A program made the translations under genes and the position numbers. A stretch of DNA of 64,000 nt from Candidatus Bathyarchaeota archaeon (GTDB taxonomy: Archaea; Thermoproteota; Bathyarchaeia; Bathyarchaeales; Bathycorpusculaceae): the NCBI GenBank assembly GCA_963715865.1, contig OY970280.1:1376001-1440000 (forward strand), in the 5' to 3' direction. Positions 38,632 to 49,059 of this stretch are shown here, one piece after another; position 1 is the stretch's first letter, and every line of letters starts with the position of its first letter. The notes beneath the pieces were generated by a model. That model had not been told where the DNA came from. It searched no databases and saw only the letters and a list, made by a program, of their open reading frames with translations.

Positions 38632-39762
38632 CTAATTTTTCACTGTCCGCTTTAAAGCTTCAATCAACCGCTCATTCTCCACACGAGTTTTAACCGCCAC
38701 ACGAATAAAGTATGGGTCCAGCCCCCTAAAAGAAGTGCAGTCCCGAATCAAAATGCCTTGGCGCAAAAGTTTGTTCTTCAGTTCAGTAGCTGTTAAACCT
38801 GACTTGCGAATGTCAATAAAGAAAAAGTTGGCATCTGGCGGAAAAACCTTGAAAGATTTTATTTTTTCCAACTCGGTTGATAGGAAGGCTTTTTCGTTTT
38901 TGATAAGCTCACGCGTCACCCTCAGATGCTCCTCGTCCTTCAATGCGACAACAGCGGCAGCCTGCGCTAAACAATTAACGTTCCAAGGAATCTTGGCGCA
39001 CAACAGCACATTGATGATTTCTTCAGAGGCAATTCCATAGCCAATGCGCAAACCTGTTAAACCGAAAATTTTTGTAAAAGACCTCAAAATGAACAGGTTA
39101 GGATACGCTTTGATTTTGTTAATCATCGATAGGGCTTTTTCGTTTTCTACAAACTCCAAAAAATCCTCGTCAAGAAAAACAAGGCTATCCTGCTCCAAAG
39201 CCTCCTCAATTATTCCCGTCAAAGTTTCTGAGGGAATAAGAATGCTTGTTGGATTATTCGGATTACACAAGAAAACAATCTTCGCACCAGCCATCTCACG
39301 TGCAAAAACATCTGCGTCAACGTTGAAATTCTTGTCTAGCTTAACGAGTTTTGGTGTTTCACCTGTCTTTCTAACCGCACTCTCGTATTCGCCAAAAGTT
39401 GGCGCAGGGATAACGGCTGTGTCGCCTTTTTTCATAAAAGCCTCAGCAAACAAGTACATGAGTTCCGTAGAACCATTACCAACAACAACATTGCCTTTGC
39501 TTAATCCATTAAAGTGGTCAGCAATAGCCTGTCGTAACTCGTTAGAATTTGAATCTGGATAAGCAGGAATTTCTTTAAAGCTGTTTTTTGCTGCTCCGAG
39601 CGCTTTTTCTGATGGACCTAAAGGGTTCACGCTTGAACTAAAATCCAAAATCTCCTCTCGTTTGAATCCGCTCTTGCCTGCGGCATCCAAAATCTCTCCG
39701 CCATGGACGCATGGCTTAAGATTCTTTATGCTGTCTTTTACTAAATTTTCAACAGGCTTCAT
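38632..39762 (-). CDS. cobD: L-threonine-O-3-phosphate decarboxylase (class I/II PLP enzyme)
   Basis: HGG, DFSSSVNPLG, GNGSTE, CNPNNPT and RSFTKIFGLTGLRIGY; adjacent to cbiB. Confidence 0.85.
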   Translation of the reverse strand: MKPVENLVKDSIKNLKPCVHGGEILDAAGKSGFKREEILDFSSSVNPLGPSEKALGAAKNSFKEIPAYPDSNSNELRQAIADHFNGLSKGNVVVGNGSTELMYLFAEAFMKKGDTAVIPAPTFGEYESAVRKTGETPKLVKLDKNFNVDADVFAREMAGAKIVFLCNPNNPTSILIPSETLTGIIEEALEQDSLVFLDEDFLEFVENEKALSMINKIKAYPNLFILRSFTKIFGLTGLRIGYGIASEEIINVLLCAKIPWNVNCLAQAAAVVALKDEEHLRVTRELIKNEKAFLSTELEKIKSFKVFPPDANFFFIDIRKSGLTATELKNKLLRQGILIRDCTSFRGLDPYFIRVAVKTRVENERLIEALKRTVKN

Positions 39763-39934
39763 TCAAGTTTCAATCCTTCAGCACGCCGCTGAAATGCTTA
39801 GGTTTCTTTTTGACGTAAATGATATAAATGTTTGGTTGGATGTTCCATCCAAAAACCAAAAACACGTTTTAGTCTTAAATTCCAAAAAGGTTTTGAGAGT
39901 GGCAAAACATTAGGCACTAATAGGCAAGGAAGAT

Positions 39935-40120
39935 GTGATGAGCGACAAAATGGATAAGCACAAGATTCAAGAATTAAAAGAAATGGTTAAAGAAAGAAAA
40001 CCTGACGAACCTATAGAGCAGGTTCTTGCCGTATTTTGCGAACGCCATGCAGTTTCCCTAAACACTTGCCGAGTTTATTATAATCGGTTGGTTGAAAAGG
40101 GCGAAATCAAAGAAAAATAA
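39935..40120 (+). CDS. Small hypothetical protein (61 aa)
   Basis: ORF with helical-bundle-like composition upstream of dph5. Confidence 0.6.
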   Translation: MMSDKMDKHKIQELKEMVKERKPDEPIEQVLAVFCERHAVSLNTCRVYYNRLVEKGEIKEK

Positions 40121-40162
40121 CGTTTAAGTTTAAACCCCTCAATTACTTACAAGGGCTCACAA

Positions 40163-40960
40163 TTGAATGAACTTGTCTTCATAGGCTTAGGATTAAACGA
40201 CGAAAAAGGCATCAGCATCAACGGTTTAGAAGAAACCAAAACTGCAGATTACGTTTTCATGGAACTCTACACAAGCCTCATGCCCGACTTCAACCTGCAA
40301 CGCTTCGAGACCTTATGCAGCAAAAAAGTCCAAGTGGTTTCAAGGCGTGAACTTGAAGAAGAAAACGGAACCGTAATTCTTGAAGCCGCCAGAAAAGGCA
40401 AGACAGTGTTTCTTGTTCCCGGTGACCCATTTATCGCTACAACACATGTCACATTGCGAATTGAAGCAGAAAAACATGGAATAAAAACTCGCGTTGTTCA
40501 TGGAGCATCCATAATATCAGCCATAATTAGTTTATCAGGATTACATAATTACAAGTTTGGAAAAACAGTTACCGTTCCCTTCCCGGAAAATTTTTCTGAA
40601 ACACCCTACAATGTTATCGCTCAAAACAAAAAGCTCGGCTTGCACACTCTTTGCCTTTTAGATTTGAAAGCAAACGAAAAACACTTCTTAACCATCAACC
40701 AAGCCATCGCAATGCTATTAAAGGTTGAACAGAAAAACAAAAAACGCGTAATCACCCCAAACACAGCTGCAGTCGGCATTGCACGAGCAGGAAGCAACAA
40801 TCCAACCCTGAAAGCTGACTTCCTCAAAAATTTAGCGAATTATGATTTCGGTGAACCGCCTTACAGTTTGATTTTTCCCGGCGACATGCACTTTATGGAA
40901 ACTGAATCCTTAATCGCTTTTGCTGGTGCACCAGCGGAGTTTAGGAGGCTTGCCAAATGA
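40163..40960 (+). CDS. dph5: Diphthine synthase
   Basis: LVFIGLGL, ELYTS, GDPFIATTH, YKFGKTVT and LHTLCLLD. Confidence 0.96.
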   Translation: MNELVFIGLGLNDEKGISINGLEETKTADYVFMELYTSLMPDFNLQRFETLCSKKVQVVSRRELEEENGTVILEAARKGKTVFLVPGDPFIATTHVTLRIEAEKHGIKTRVVHGASIISAIISLSGLHNYKFGKTVTVPFPENFSETPYNVIAQNKKLGLHTLCLLDLKANEKHFLTINQAIAMLLKVEQKNKKRVITPNTAAVGIARAGSNNPTLKADFLKNLANYDFGEPPYSLIFPGDMHFMETESLIAFAGAPAEFRRLAK

Positions 40961-41244
40961 GCCTAGAAGCGCTCACGTCAAAGTATATTTCTTCAGCGGA
41001 AAAAGTCCTAAAAGAACTGCAACAAACAAAAATACCCATTAGCCTAACAGAGGAATCTGTGGCTAACATTTTGCGTTGGGCTGCTGATTACTTGGAGGAC
41101 GCAAAGTATTATAAGGCTCAAGGAAAGTTTGAAACCAGCTTAACCTCAGTAGCCTACTGTGAAGGGCTCCTTGACGCTTTAAGACTGTTAGGCGCTGTGA
41201 AATTCGAATGGCCAACAAATCAAGAAAGAAAAAAGTCGTCTTAG
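40957..41244 (+). CDS. DUF357 family protein
   Basis: YLEDAKYY...YCEGLLDALRLLG; typical dph5 neighbour. Confidence 0.85.
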   Translation: MSLEALTSKYISSAEKVLKELQQTKIPISLTEESVANILRWAADYLEDAKYYKAQGKFETSLTSVAYCEGLLDALRLLGAVKFEWPTNQERKKSS

Positions 41245-41669
41245 CATCAGGCGTGTTCGATCTGCTCCATTTGGGACATGTCAAATTTTTAGAGGATGCC
41301 AAAAAAGCAGGCGGAGAAAACGCTAAACTAGTAGTTATCATCGCAAGAGACAGCACAGTAGAAAAAACTAAAGGCAAAAAACCAATAATGTCTGAGGACC
41401 AACGCCGTGCACTGGTTGAATCGTTGAAAGTAGTTGATAAAGCAGTGCTTGGTTACGAGAAACTTGACATTGGCGAAGTCATTGAGAACGTTAAGCCAGA
41501 CATAATTGCTTTAGGATACGACCAAGCGGATATGGAGAGAGAAGTGCGGAATTACGTAGACAAGCATAAAGTGAATGTTAAGATTGTTAGAATCGGCAAG
41601 TTTGGAGAGAATACTTTAGATAGTTCATCAAAGATTAAACAGAAAATAATTGACAAATTTGCCGGTTAA
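41208..41669 (+). CDS. ribL: FAD synthase (cytidylyltransferase family)
   Basis: ASGVFDLLHLGH, IIARD, PDIIALGYDQ and SSSKIK. Confidence 0.85.
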   Translation: MANKSRKKKVVLASGVFDLLHLGHVKFLEDAKKAGGENAKLVVIIARDSTVEKTKGKKPIMSEDQRRALVESLKVVDKAVLGYEKLDIGEVIENVKPDIIALGYDQADMEREVRNYVDKHKVNVKIVRIGKFGENTLDSSSKIKQKIIDKFAG

Positions 41670-41683
41670 TTCGGTCGTGTAGT

Positions 41684-42289
41684 ATGAATTCAGTGAAGTA
41701 TAAGCCCACGTACATTCTAATTGCCGTAAACGTGCTTATTTACATTTATACTTCTGTTGTTGGCGGGAATTGGCTAAATACAAACAACAATCTCATTCTT
41801 CAATGGGGTCAATATAATTATCTTGTGTTCCATGGTTGGTATTACCAGCTTTTTACATCCATGTTCATACACGCCACAATAGCGCACATTGCTGGCAACA
41901 TGCTTTTCCTACTCATCTTTGGTTTAAGGGGAGAAGAAATGTTCTCGCTGCCCGAGTACCTTGGAATCTACTTCGTTGGAGGATTAGCAGGCAACATTCT
42001 TTCCTTAGCATTTGGACCAAACCTAATTTCCGTTGGGGCATCAGGCGCCATTTTCTCATTGTTCGGTGCATGCATAATTTATGCAAGGCGCTCTGTGCGG
42101 CAATCCATCCTGGGAGCGTTGGTTTACGCGTTCTTTCTATTGTTCATCAGTGCAGGACCAGAAGTGAACGATTTAGCTCATATAGGCGGGTTAGTTTTCG
42201 GTTTGCTTATAGGTTATTTGATAGCTACAAGCCGTAAACCACATGAGCAGCATTCAGTTAAGTACTCGTATTCTACTGGGCCATTTTAG
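41684..42289 (+). CDS. Rhomboid intramembrane serine protease
   Basis: TSMFIH...HIAGNM, GASG and AHIGG. Confidence 0.93.
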   Translation: MNSVKYKPTYILIAVNVLIYIYTSVVGGNWLNTNNNLILQWGQYNYLVFHGWYYQLFTSMFIHATIAHIAGNMLFLLIFGLRGEEMFSLPEYLGIYFVGGLAGNILSLAFGPNLISVGASGAIFSLFGACIIYARRSVRQSILGALVYAFFLLFISAGPEVNDLAHIGGLVFGLLIGYLIATSRKPHEQHSVKYSYSTGPF

Positions 42290-42979
42290 TTAGGGCAGAG
42301 TTAAAATTTCCACTTTCACTTTGTACCCGTCTTTGAGGTTTAATTGTTTTCTCAGGCATACAGGCGCAATTATTTCAAGTACAGAAACGTCATAGTGACT
42401 GCGCAGCGCCGTTATCAATGCGCCTTTAATCTTGTTATCAATGATTGCAGGGTAACATTTTACAAGCCCAAAGGTACGGTCTTCATTCTTGAACCCTTTA
42501 ATCTCGATTGCTGGGTACGCTTCTATTTCCATTCGAGTTTTAATGTCGTAGTCTGTTGATATCTTAAGGTTAAGCGTGCCAGGGTAAGGATCAAAACCTA
42601 ACTTTTCAGCAAACTGTTTTCGATAATACTCTTTTGAGATGTAATAAGCGCCTTCACCTAAACCCGTGAAAACTGTTCCCTCCAAAGTTACCGAAGGAGG
42701 ATACGATTTTTCAATCAGAAATTTCAAGTTAGAATAAAGCCTTTGCAGTTCTCTAGTTCCTTGCTCCTCAATTTTAATCAAGCTCCCTTCCGGAGTTATA
42801 TTCCTCTGTATCCATCCTTTGCGCTCAAGCTCTATTAGATAGCGTGACGCGGTTTGCTGGGAAATCCCAAGTTTCCTAGCTAAATATTCAGTTGAAATTT
42901 TGGCGATTCTGCGGTAAGCACCCATTTCCGCCAGTTTAAGGAGCATGTAAAGATGCTGCCAATCGTGCTTTTCAGTCAA
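42290..42979 (-). CDS. ribK: CTP-dependent riboflavin kinase with N-terminal wHTH
   Basis: SQQTASRYL HTH, GTVFTGLGEGAYY, PYPGTLNL and EIIAPV.LR. Confidence 0.94.
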   Translation of the reverse strand: MTEKHDWQHLYMLLKLAEMGAYRRIAKISTEYLARKLGISQQTASRYLIELERKGWIQRNITPEGSLIKIEEQGTRELQRLYSNLKFLIEKSYPPSVTLEGTVFTGLGEGAYYISKEYYRKQFAEKLGFDPYPGTLNLKISTDYDIKTRMEIEAYPAIEIKGFKNEDRTFGLVKCYPAIIDNKIKGALITALRSHYDVSVLEIIAPVCLRKQLNLKDGYKVKVEILTLP

Positions 42980-43160
42980 TACTTGATACTCCAGTAGATA
43001 AGAAAGTAAGTGCTATTGATATTTAAGCGGCTCGAAAAAATTTTAAGCTAAAGCCAAGCAGGTAAAGTGCGAACAGCTAAATCTTTGCTAACAATAATAT
43101 TAACGCATAAGAGTTATAAGCGTCCATAGAAAAACATTGGAGAATGACAGTGACCGATGC

Positions 43161-44129
43161 ATGAACGCTTGGAAACTTAGGCTTTCTATGGCTGGAACTT
43201 TAGCCATAATCTTTGGTTTATCCACACTTATATTCGCAGTCATCTTAACCGTGGCTGGAATAGGCTTTGACTTAATAACCATAGGAGTCCTCGTAGTAGT
43301 CCTCAACATAGCCCAATGGCTACTGGCACCTTACCTTATAGGTGCAATATACAAAGTTCGAGAACTTACACAAAATGAAAACCCGCAACTGCACCAGATG
43401 GTTGATGACCTAAGCAAGAAAAGCGGAATATCCAAACCAAAACTCATGTTATCACAGATTCCGCTTCCAAACGCGTTCGCTTACGGCTCACCCTTAACAG
43501 GTAACCGCGTCGCCGTAACACAAGGGCTTTTAAAATCTCTTGACGATGGCGAAGTTGAAGCTGTCCTAGGACATGAACTTGGCCATTTAAAGCACCATGA
43601 CGTGCAGGCCATGATGGTAGTTTCTTTCCTACCCGCATTGTTCTATTACATTGGTTACACGTTTATGCTTTCAGGCATTTTCGGCGGAGGCCAACGCAAA
43701 AGCCAGGGCAACAACGCGTTAATAGGCTTGGGCTTTATGGCTTTCTCTTGGATACTAACCTTATTCACACTATACCTAAGCAGACTGCGCGAATACTATG
43801 CTGACAGGCACAGCGTTTCAGTGGTTGATAACGGCGCAGAAAAGCTCTCAACTGGTCTAGTAACAATAGTTGACGAAAGCCGACACGCTGGCAAACCAAA
43901 CAAACAACAACAAAAAAATAACAGTGCCTTTAAAGCGTTATTTATCGCTGACCCTGACAGAGCAAACGCTGATTCTGCAGAGTTACACGCAACCCATGCT
44001 GCAAACAAAAAAGATTTGCTTCAAGAAACACTCTCAAGAGAACCCACAAAAGCGGACAGGTTCCTTGAAATCTTCTCAACTCATCCTAACATTATCAAGC
44101 GTCTGCGTGCACTGCAAGAAATAAGCTAA
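43161..44129 (+). CDS. htpX: HtpX-like M48 zinc metalloprotease
   Basis: PNAFAYG, HELGHLKH, SRLREYYAD and STHP. Confidence 0.9.
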   Translation: MNAWKLRLSMAGTLAIIFGLSTLIFAVILTVAGIGFDLITIGVLVVVLNIAQWLLAPYLIGAIYKVRELTQNENPQLHQMVDDLSKKSGISKPKLMLSQIPLPNAFAYGSPLTGNRVAVTQGLLKSLDDGEVEAVLGHELGHLKHHDVQAMMVVSFLPALFYYIGYTFMLSGIFGGGQRKSQGNNALIGLGFMAFSWILTLFTLYLSRLREYYADRHSVSVVDNGAEKLSTGLVTIVDESRHAGKPNKQQQKNNSAFKALFIADPDRANADSAELHATHAANKKDLLQETLSREPTKADRFLEIFSTHPNIIKRLRALQEIS

Positions 44130-44145
44130 TCCAGCAAAAAATCGA

Positions 44146-44760
44146 TCAAAAAGCATCCTCGCTGTTTAGAAATGGATTAACCCTTTTTTCTTCACCCATT
44201 ATAGATGTAGCGCCATGCCCAGGGTAAACTAAAAAATAATCAGGCAAACGGACCAACTTTTGCAAAGACATCCGCATGTCAGCGTCTGAGCCTCCGGGGA
44301 AATCTGTTCTGCCAATCCCACCAGCAAACAATGTGTCGCCGGTGAAAACAAGTCTTTCTCCAAGAAGGCATATGCTGCCAGGTGTATGTCCAGACGTATG
44401 CATAACCTTCAAAGATTCATTGCCAAACGTGATTAAGCTATCATCCTCTAACAGGACAGTAGCAGGAAACTCGCCTTTTTCCAACCCTTCAATAAAAGGG
44501 GCATCATACTTGTGAATGCAGATGGGCACATTGTACTTTTTTTGGAAAATGGCGTCGCCGTTGATGTGGTCTTGGTGACCATGAGTGTTCACGATTAACT
44601 TTACTTTTAATGTGCCTTGAGTTATGTAATCGAAAATTTGTTCAGCTTCAGAAGAAAATTCCACTCCTGGGTCTATTATAATCGCCTCTTTAGTTTGTTG
44701 GGAGTTAACGACGTAGCAGTTTGTTGATAACATGCCAACAATGAACGTCTCAATCAGCAT
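44146..44760 (-). CDS. Metallo-beta-lactamase fold hydrolase (glyoxalase II-like)
   Basis: THGHQDH, GHTPGS, GDTLF, GRTD and PGHG. Confidence 0.92.
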   Translation of the reverse strand: MLIETFIVGMLSTNCYVVNSQQTKEAIIIDPGVEFSSEAEQIFDYITQGTLKVKLIVNTHGHQDHINGDAIFQKKYNVPICIHKYDAPFIEGLEKGEFPATVLLEDDSLITFGNESLKVMHTSGHTPGSICLLGERLVFTGDTLFAGGIGRTDFPGGSDADMRMSLQKLVRLPDYFLVYPGHGATSIMGEEKRVNPFLNSEDAF

Positions 44761-44949
44761 ACAAATCAACATTCGAGTAATGTTGATAGACAAAATAAAC
44801 TATTTGCCTGCAAACCAAACGCGTTGCATCCAAACTAGCCTGCCTGATGTTAATTGTTTTCTTTATCTTATCTTTCCCCATTAACGCCTAAGTGACCTGC
44901 GCTTCAATGGTAAAATGAAAAATAAAGTTAAAAAAAACTTCTTGCCAAG

Positions 44950-45198
44950 CTAAGCGTCAAAGTCCTGTTGAAAACCGGTAAGTTTTATGGTGCTTCGGCA
45001 TTTGCCACAAACGATTACTAATTCAGCAAGTTTATCTTTGGCAACTTTAGTATCTACGATTCTATAGTTCTCCTCTGACTCGTCTTCAGGTGAGATTACC
45101 ATTCCGCATTCGGGGCATGGGAAAGAACCGTCGCCTTCGATAATGGCCAAATTTATCGTGTATGCCGAATCTTTTTTGTCCGGCTTTTTCATCATCAT
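44950..45198 (-). CDS. Small Zn-ribbon protein
   Basis: CPECG...CGKC. Confidence 0.7.
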   Translation of the reverse strand: MMMKKPDKKDSAYTINLAIIEGDGSFPCPECGMVISPEDESEENYRIVDTKVAKDKLAELVIVCGKCRSTIKLTGFQQDFDA

Positions 45199-45341
45199 TC
45201 TTCTTCACTCCGTTTTCTTTGAATTTTCATTAATTGCTATTATTTAATTAACGGTTATGAATTTCTAGTCAGTATACAAGATACATTTAAAAATTTGACC
45301 CAAAGAAAGTGTTGTTTTTCCACGTTTTCCATCTTGAATTG

Positions 45342-47246
45342 CTACGCTCCTTTTTCTTTCTCAAAGTTCTCAGGTGCAATGTAATCACCATATTTTTCTT
45401 TGGCTTCCAGCAGGCGAGCGCGTTGCAAGTATAGTATGCCGAATAGTTCTAGTGGCGTGTCAGTGACGTTTTCTTGATAGAACCGTTGTACCCGTTCAAT
45501 CTTTGCTAGGTTTTCTGGAACGCGGATAGTGAATTGCTTAATGTAGTCTTCTTTAGCGTAGTTTTTGCGTAACACTTGTTTGAATAGCCTGCGTAAGTCC
45601 TCGTATTTTGGAATGTAGCCTGTTGGAGTTTCTAAGGCGTCTACTTCGTTGTGTACTCTTAGTTCCATCCATTTTAACCAAACATGCTTGTCTTGTGGAC
45701 TGTTTAGGTATTTGCCGTTGTCTACTTCTTTGAGGAAATAGTTCACTCCAAAGATGACTGGTTGCTTCTTGAGTTTCCTTCCGAAATTCAAGTTGTTGTG
45801 AACGTTTTTGCCTAATGGGATTGAGATGAAGTCTTGGATGCTCATCATGTTAATTTCGGGAACGCCCTCTTCACCGATGGTAGCGAAAGTGGTTTCAGTC
45901 TCAAGTGATGCACCATAAGCGATGATGCCGTGCTCCCAACTGAAGCTCTGCTGAACAGGCACGTAAGCCTTAGTATCCCGTCCGCCGTACATTATGCCGC
46001 CTAATTCAACACCCATAGGATTGGCAAGTTCAGGGTCACAGTTTTCCAATTCTTTTAGGGATACTGTATAACGAGCGTTTTTGCTGGCAGGCGGAATCTC
46101 GTTGCCATTCTCATCTTTTTTGCCTTCATACCATGCTCCAGTATAGTTTAAGCCGTTTTTAGGGAGCTCTTGCCCCATGCCAAGCCAGTATGGTTTACCA
46201 TCCTTAACTAGCACGTTGGAGAATATTATTTCTCCCGGGCGAGTTAGCACCTTGTAAATTAATGCGTCATCCTTTGGGTTAACGTCTTGTATGATGCCGA
46301 ATATGCCTGATTCAACATTCACCGCTCGAGCCGCAGAATCAATGTCTCGAATGTAAGCTATATCGTCGCCAATTATTGTTTCGCCTGGAAGCATAGCGGT
46401 TGAGGTTTTTCCGCAGGCACTTGGGAAAGCTCCAGCAAAATACGTTTTGCGTCCACCTGGACCAAAGACGCCCATGAGTAGCATGTGTTCTGCTAGCCAT
46501 CCTTCACTGCTTGCTTTACGAATAGCCAAGCGGAAGGCTAGTTTTTTGAAGCCTACGGAGTTTCCAGCGTATTGGGTGTTGACGCTGTAGATGGTGCTGT
46601 CCATGTGGTCGATGTAGATGCATTTTTTATTGTATTCTACGCTGACCATGTCCCCGTTTAATTTTCCTGCAGAGTGTAGGACACGTAGGAAGTCGCTTTT
46701 TGGTCCTGCTTTTACAAATTGCTCATAGCCAGGGCGATAAAGCAGGTCTTCTGAATGTGCGACGTACCATGAGTCTGTGCATTGCAAGCCAAGAATAGTG
46801 AAGATGGAATCTGGTGGACCCAGTGAGATGAAGCGGACAATCATTGTTTTTCCCTGCATGGAATCCCGAAGGAAACCTCTGACCTCAGCCAAGCCTTCTT
46901 GTCGGTCGATTTGGTTGAGGGCTTTGCTTAGGGAAATTCCTTTGGGTACAAGGTACTTGGTGGCTTGGCGGTCTCGTCCTTGGTCATATTCGCCGTCAAA
47001 ATGGATAGCGTGTCCTGGAAGGGTTAAGATTGCTTGTTCTTCCCCTGAGGCGAATGCTTGTTTGCGTACGTGTGCGATGTCTTCGGCTGAGTCGCTGCAG
47101 ATAAAGATTTTCTCGGGGTGGCAGAGGTCACTTTCTTTAGCTATAAACTCATGGACATTAGGGTTGTCCATGGCGCTTAGTTTTTTGAAGTCCGATTCGC
47201 TAAGTTTTGGTTGTAGAGCCTCAAGGTATGGATTCATTATAGCCAT
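45342..47246 (-). CDS. pckG: Phosphoenolpyruvate carboxykinase (GTP)
   Basis: YAGNSVGFKK, WLAEHM, FPSACGKTS, GDDIA and GGRD. Confidence 0.96.
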   Translation of the reverse strand: MAIMNPYLEALQPKLSESDFKKLSAMDNPNVHEFIAKESDLCHPEKIFICSDSAEDIAHVRKQAFASGEEQAILTLPGHAIHFDGEYDQGRDRQATKYLVPKGISLSKALNQIDRQEGLAEVRGFLRDSMQGKTMIVRFISLGPPDSIFTILGLQCTDSWYVAHSEDLLYRPGYEQFVKAGPKSDFLRVLHSAGKLNGDMVSVEYNKKCIYIDHMDSTIYSVNTQYAGNSVGFKKLAFRLAIRKASSEGWLAEHMLLMGVFGPGGRKTYFAGAFPSACGKTSTAMLPGETIIGDDIAYIRDIDSAARAVNVESGIFGIIQDVNPKDDALIYKVLTRPGEIIFSNVLVKDGKPYWLGMGQELPKNGLNYTGAWYEGKKDENGNEIPPASKNARYTVSLKELENCDPELANPMGVELGGIMYGGRDTKAYVPVQQSFSWEHGIIAYGASLETETTFATIGEEGVPEINMMSIQDFISIPLGKNVHNNLNFGRKLKKQPVIFGVNYFLKEVDNGKYLNSPQDKHVWLKWMELRVHNEVDALETPTGYIPKYEDLRRLFKQVLRKNYAKEDYIKQFTIRVPENLAKIERVQRFYQENVTDTPLELFGILYLQRARLLEAKEKYGDYIAPENFEKEKGA

Positions 47247-47437
47247 TTCTTTACACCTTTAACAGTGCCCTCTCTGTGATTCAGAGAAAACTTTGGTTTT
47301 CAGCGTAAATCCAGATTTGTTAGGCATTTTTAATCGCTTTTCCTTTCAGTGAGTTGAATAAGTAAATGATAAACTTTGTGCAAGACAAAGAAAAGTTGAG
47401 GATTGTATTAATCACCAGCATGTTTCTTTACACAGTA

Positions 47438-48415
47438 TCAGAGTTCATTTACAGTTCCAGGCACACGTGGAAAGGGCTGTGTTTCAGCTACGTGTTTGAC
47501 GCCTGCAATCCAGCCTACTAAGCGTTCCATGCCGATGCCTCCGCCAGCAGTGGGTTTTAATCGGCCTTCTTTTGCCATTTTCAGCACTAATGCATAGTTT
47601 TCTTTTTTGACTTGGTCGCGCTCAATTTTCTTTGAGATTTTCGCGTATTCCCATTCGCGTTTAGCGCCCGATAGCACTTCGCCGTACTGTGGCAGGAACA
47701 GGTCGTAGTTGTCCCATTTGCCTGTTTTGAAGTCTTCGTAATCATAGAATTCTCTAGGGATGTTTGTTACCCAAACGGGCTGGGTTGTTTCTTTGGCTAA
47801 GCCAGCTTCCCAACCGTCTGCGCCGTATTTAGCTTCAAGTTCAACGCGGTCGTAGATTTTGAATGGCGCCTTGAGTGCCTTAAGAGTGTCGCAGCGGCAG
47901 AGAGTGGTTAATTCTCCTTTCATGTCAAGTTTTAAGTCCTTAATTAGAGTGCATATGGCGTCTTCTACAAGAGTGATGATGTCTTTTGAGGTGGCGTCTC
48001 TTGCTTCAAAGTCTAGCTGTGTGAACTCGTAGATGTGTTTGCCTGTTGCGGCGCGTTCTGCTTTCTCGATGCGTATGTTGGGTGAAAGTATGAAAAGTTT
48101 CGGATAAGCGGTTGATGCGGCGACGAGTTTGTGGATAATCATGCTTGCTGTTGTGCGTACTGGTTTGCCGTAAATGTCTACTTCTATTCTTTTATCTATG
48201 GATGCGCCTGGGTCTGGCCACAGCGGATCAGTGCATTGGCTTAGAGCTACTGGAAGCAGCCATTGGAAGCCTTGATCTACGAATGTGGAAGTGAGGCTTT
48301 TTAGCGTGTAAGTCATTATTTTGCCTATGCAGGCTTTTCTTTCTATTTCGCTTGGTGAAAGTTGGTCTAAGGGTTTTGGGATTTCGATTTGAATGGTTTC
48401 TTGTTTGCTTTTCAA
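47438..48415 (-). CDS. Archaeal AsnRS-like asparagine synthetase (class II aaRS catalytic core without anticodon domain)
   Basis: SPNIRIE...KHIYEFTQLDFE (motif 2), GEVLSG and GGGIGMERL (motif 3); no OB-fold domain. Confidence 0.85.
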   Translation of the reverse strand: MKSKQETIQIEIPKPLDQLSPSEIERKACIGKIMTYTLKSLTSTFVDQGFQWLLPVALSQCTDPLWPDPGASIDKRIEVDIYGKPVRTTASMIIHKLVAASTAYPKLFILSPNIRIEKAERAATGKHIYEFTQLDFEARDATSKDIITLVEDAICTLIKDLKLDMKGELTTLCRCDTLKALKAPFKIYDRVELEAKYGADGWEAGLAKETTQPVWVTNIPREFYDYEDFKTGKWDNYDLFLPQYGEVLSGAKREWEYAKISKKIERDQVKKENYALVLKMAKEGRLKPTAGGGIGMERLVGWIAGVKHVAETQPFPRVPGTVNEL

Positions 48416-48543
48416 CTGTGTTCACTTTATGTTAATTATTGGAAATTACACTATGCAAAGTAGATAATAAATTTTTTATAATAAAACATGGATAAATTAC
48501 AATAAACACAAGCTTTTATACTTGAAGCTTGTAATATTTACAT

Positions 48544-49059
48544 ATGAGCGCTAAACTTGACGAAAAAGACCTAGCCATACTCCTACTGATACAAGAAAAC
48601 AGCAAACTCACAGCCAAACAAATCTCCAAAAAAATCAATTCGCCAATAACCACAGTTTTCGCCAAAACAAAACGCATGGAAGAACTAGGCATAATAAAAC
48701 AGTACAGGGCAATCCTGTCTCCCGAAAAGCTGAATTTAGGCACAGCAGCCTTCATCTTAGCTTCCGTCTCATACAGGGCAAAAACCGACGATGCCCCAGT
48801 TTCTCAAAGAGCCGTTGCCGAGGAGATAGCGCGGTTTCCTGAAGTTCAGGAAGTGCATATCATCACTGGCGACTGGGACCTGCTTGTGAAACTTCGTGCT
48901 GAAAACGTTGACGCAATCGGCAAGTTTGTAGTTGACAAGTTACGATTGATTAAGGGTTTAGAGAAGACGTTGACGTGCATGGTTTTTGAAACTGTAAAAG
49001 AAACTACAAGCCTGCCTCAATCATTTAAGAGAAATGAAAAGAAATCAGTTAAGCCTTAA
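48544..49059 (+). CDS. Lrp/AsnC family transcriptional regulator
   Basis: LDEKDLAIL HTH and EVHIITGDWDLLVK; divergent from the asparagine synthetase gene. Confidence 0.92.
   Translation: MSAKLDEKDLAILLLIQENSKLTAKQISKKINSPITTVFAKTKRMEELGIIKQYRAILSPEKLNLGTAAFILASVSYRAKTDDAPVSQRAVAEEIARFPEVQEVHIITGDWDLLVKLRAENVDAIGKFVVDKLRLIKGLEKTLTCMVFETVKETTSLPQSFKRNEKKSVKP

Noticed and set aside
39763-39934. Cobalamin riboswitch upstream of cobD-cbiB
   Set aside because: Only a 6-bp hairpin (TTCAGC-N5-GCTGAA) is present; there is no B12-box and the leader is too short.
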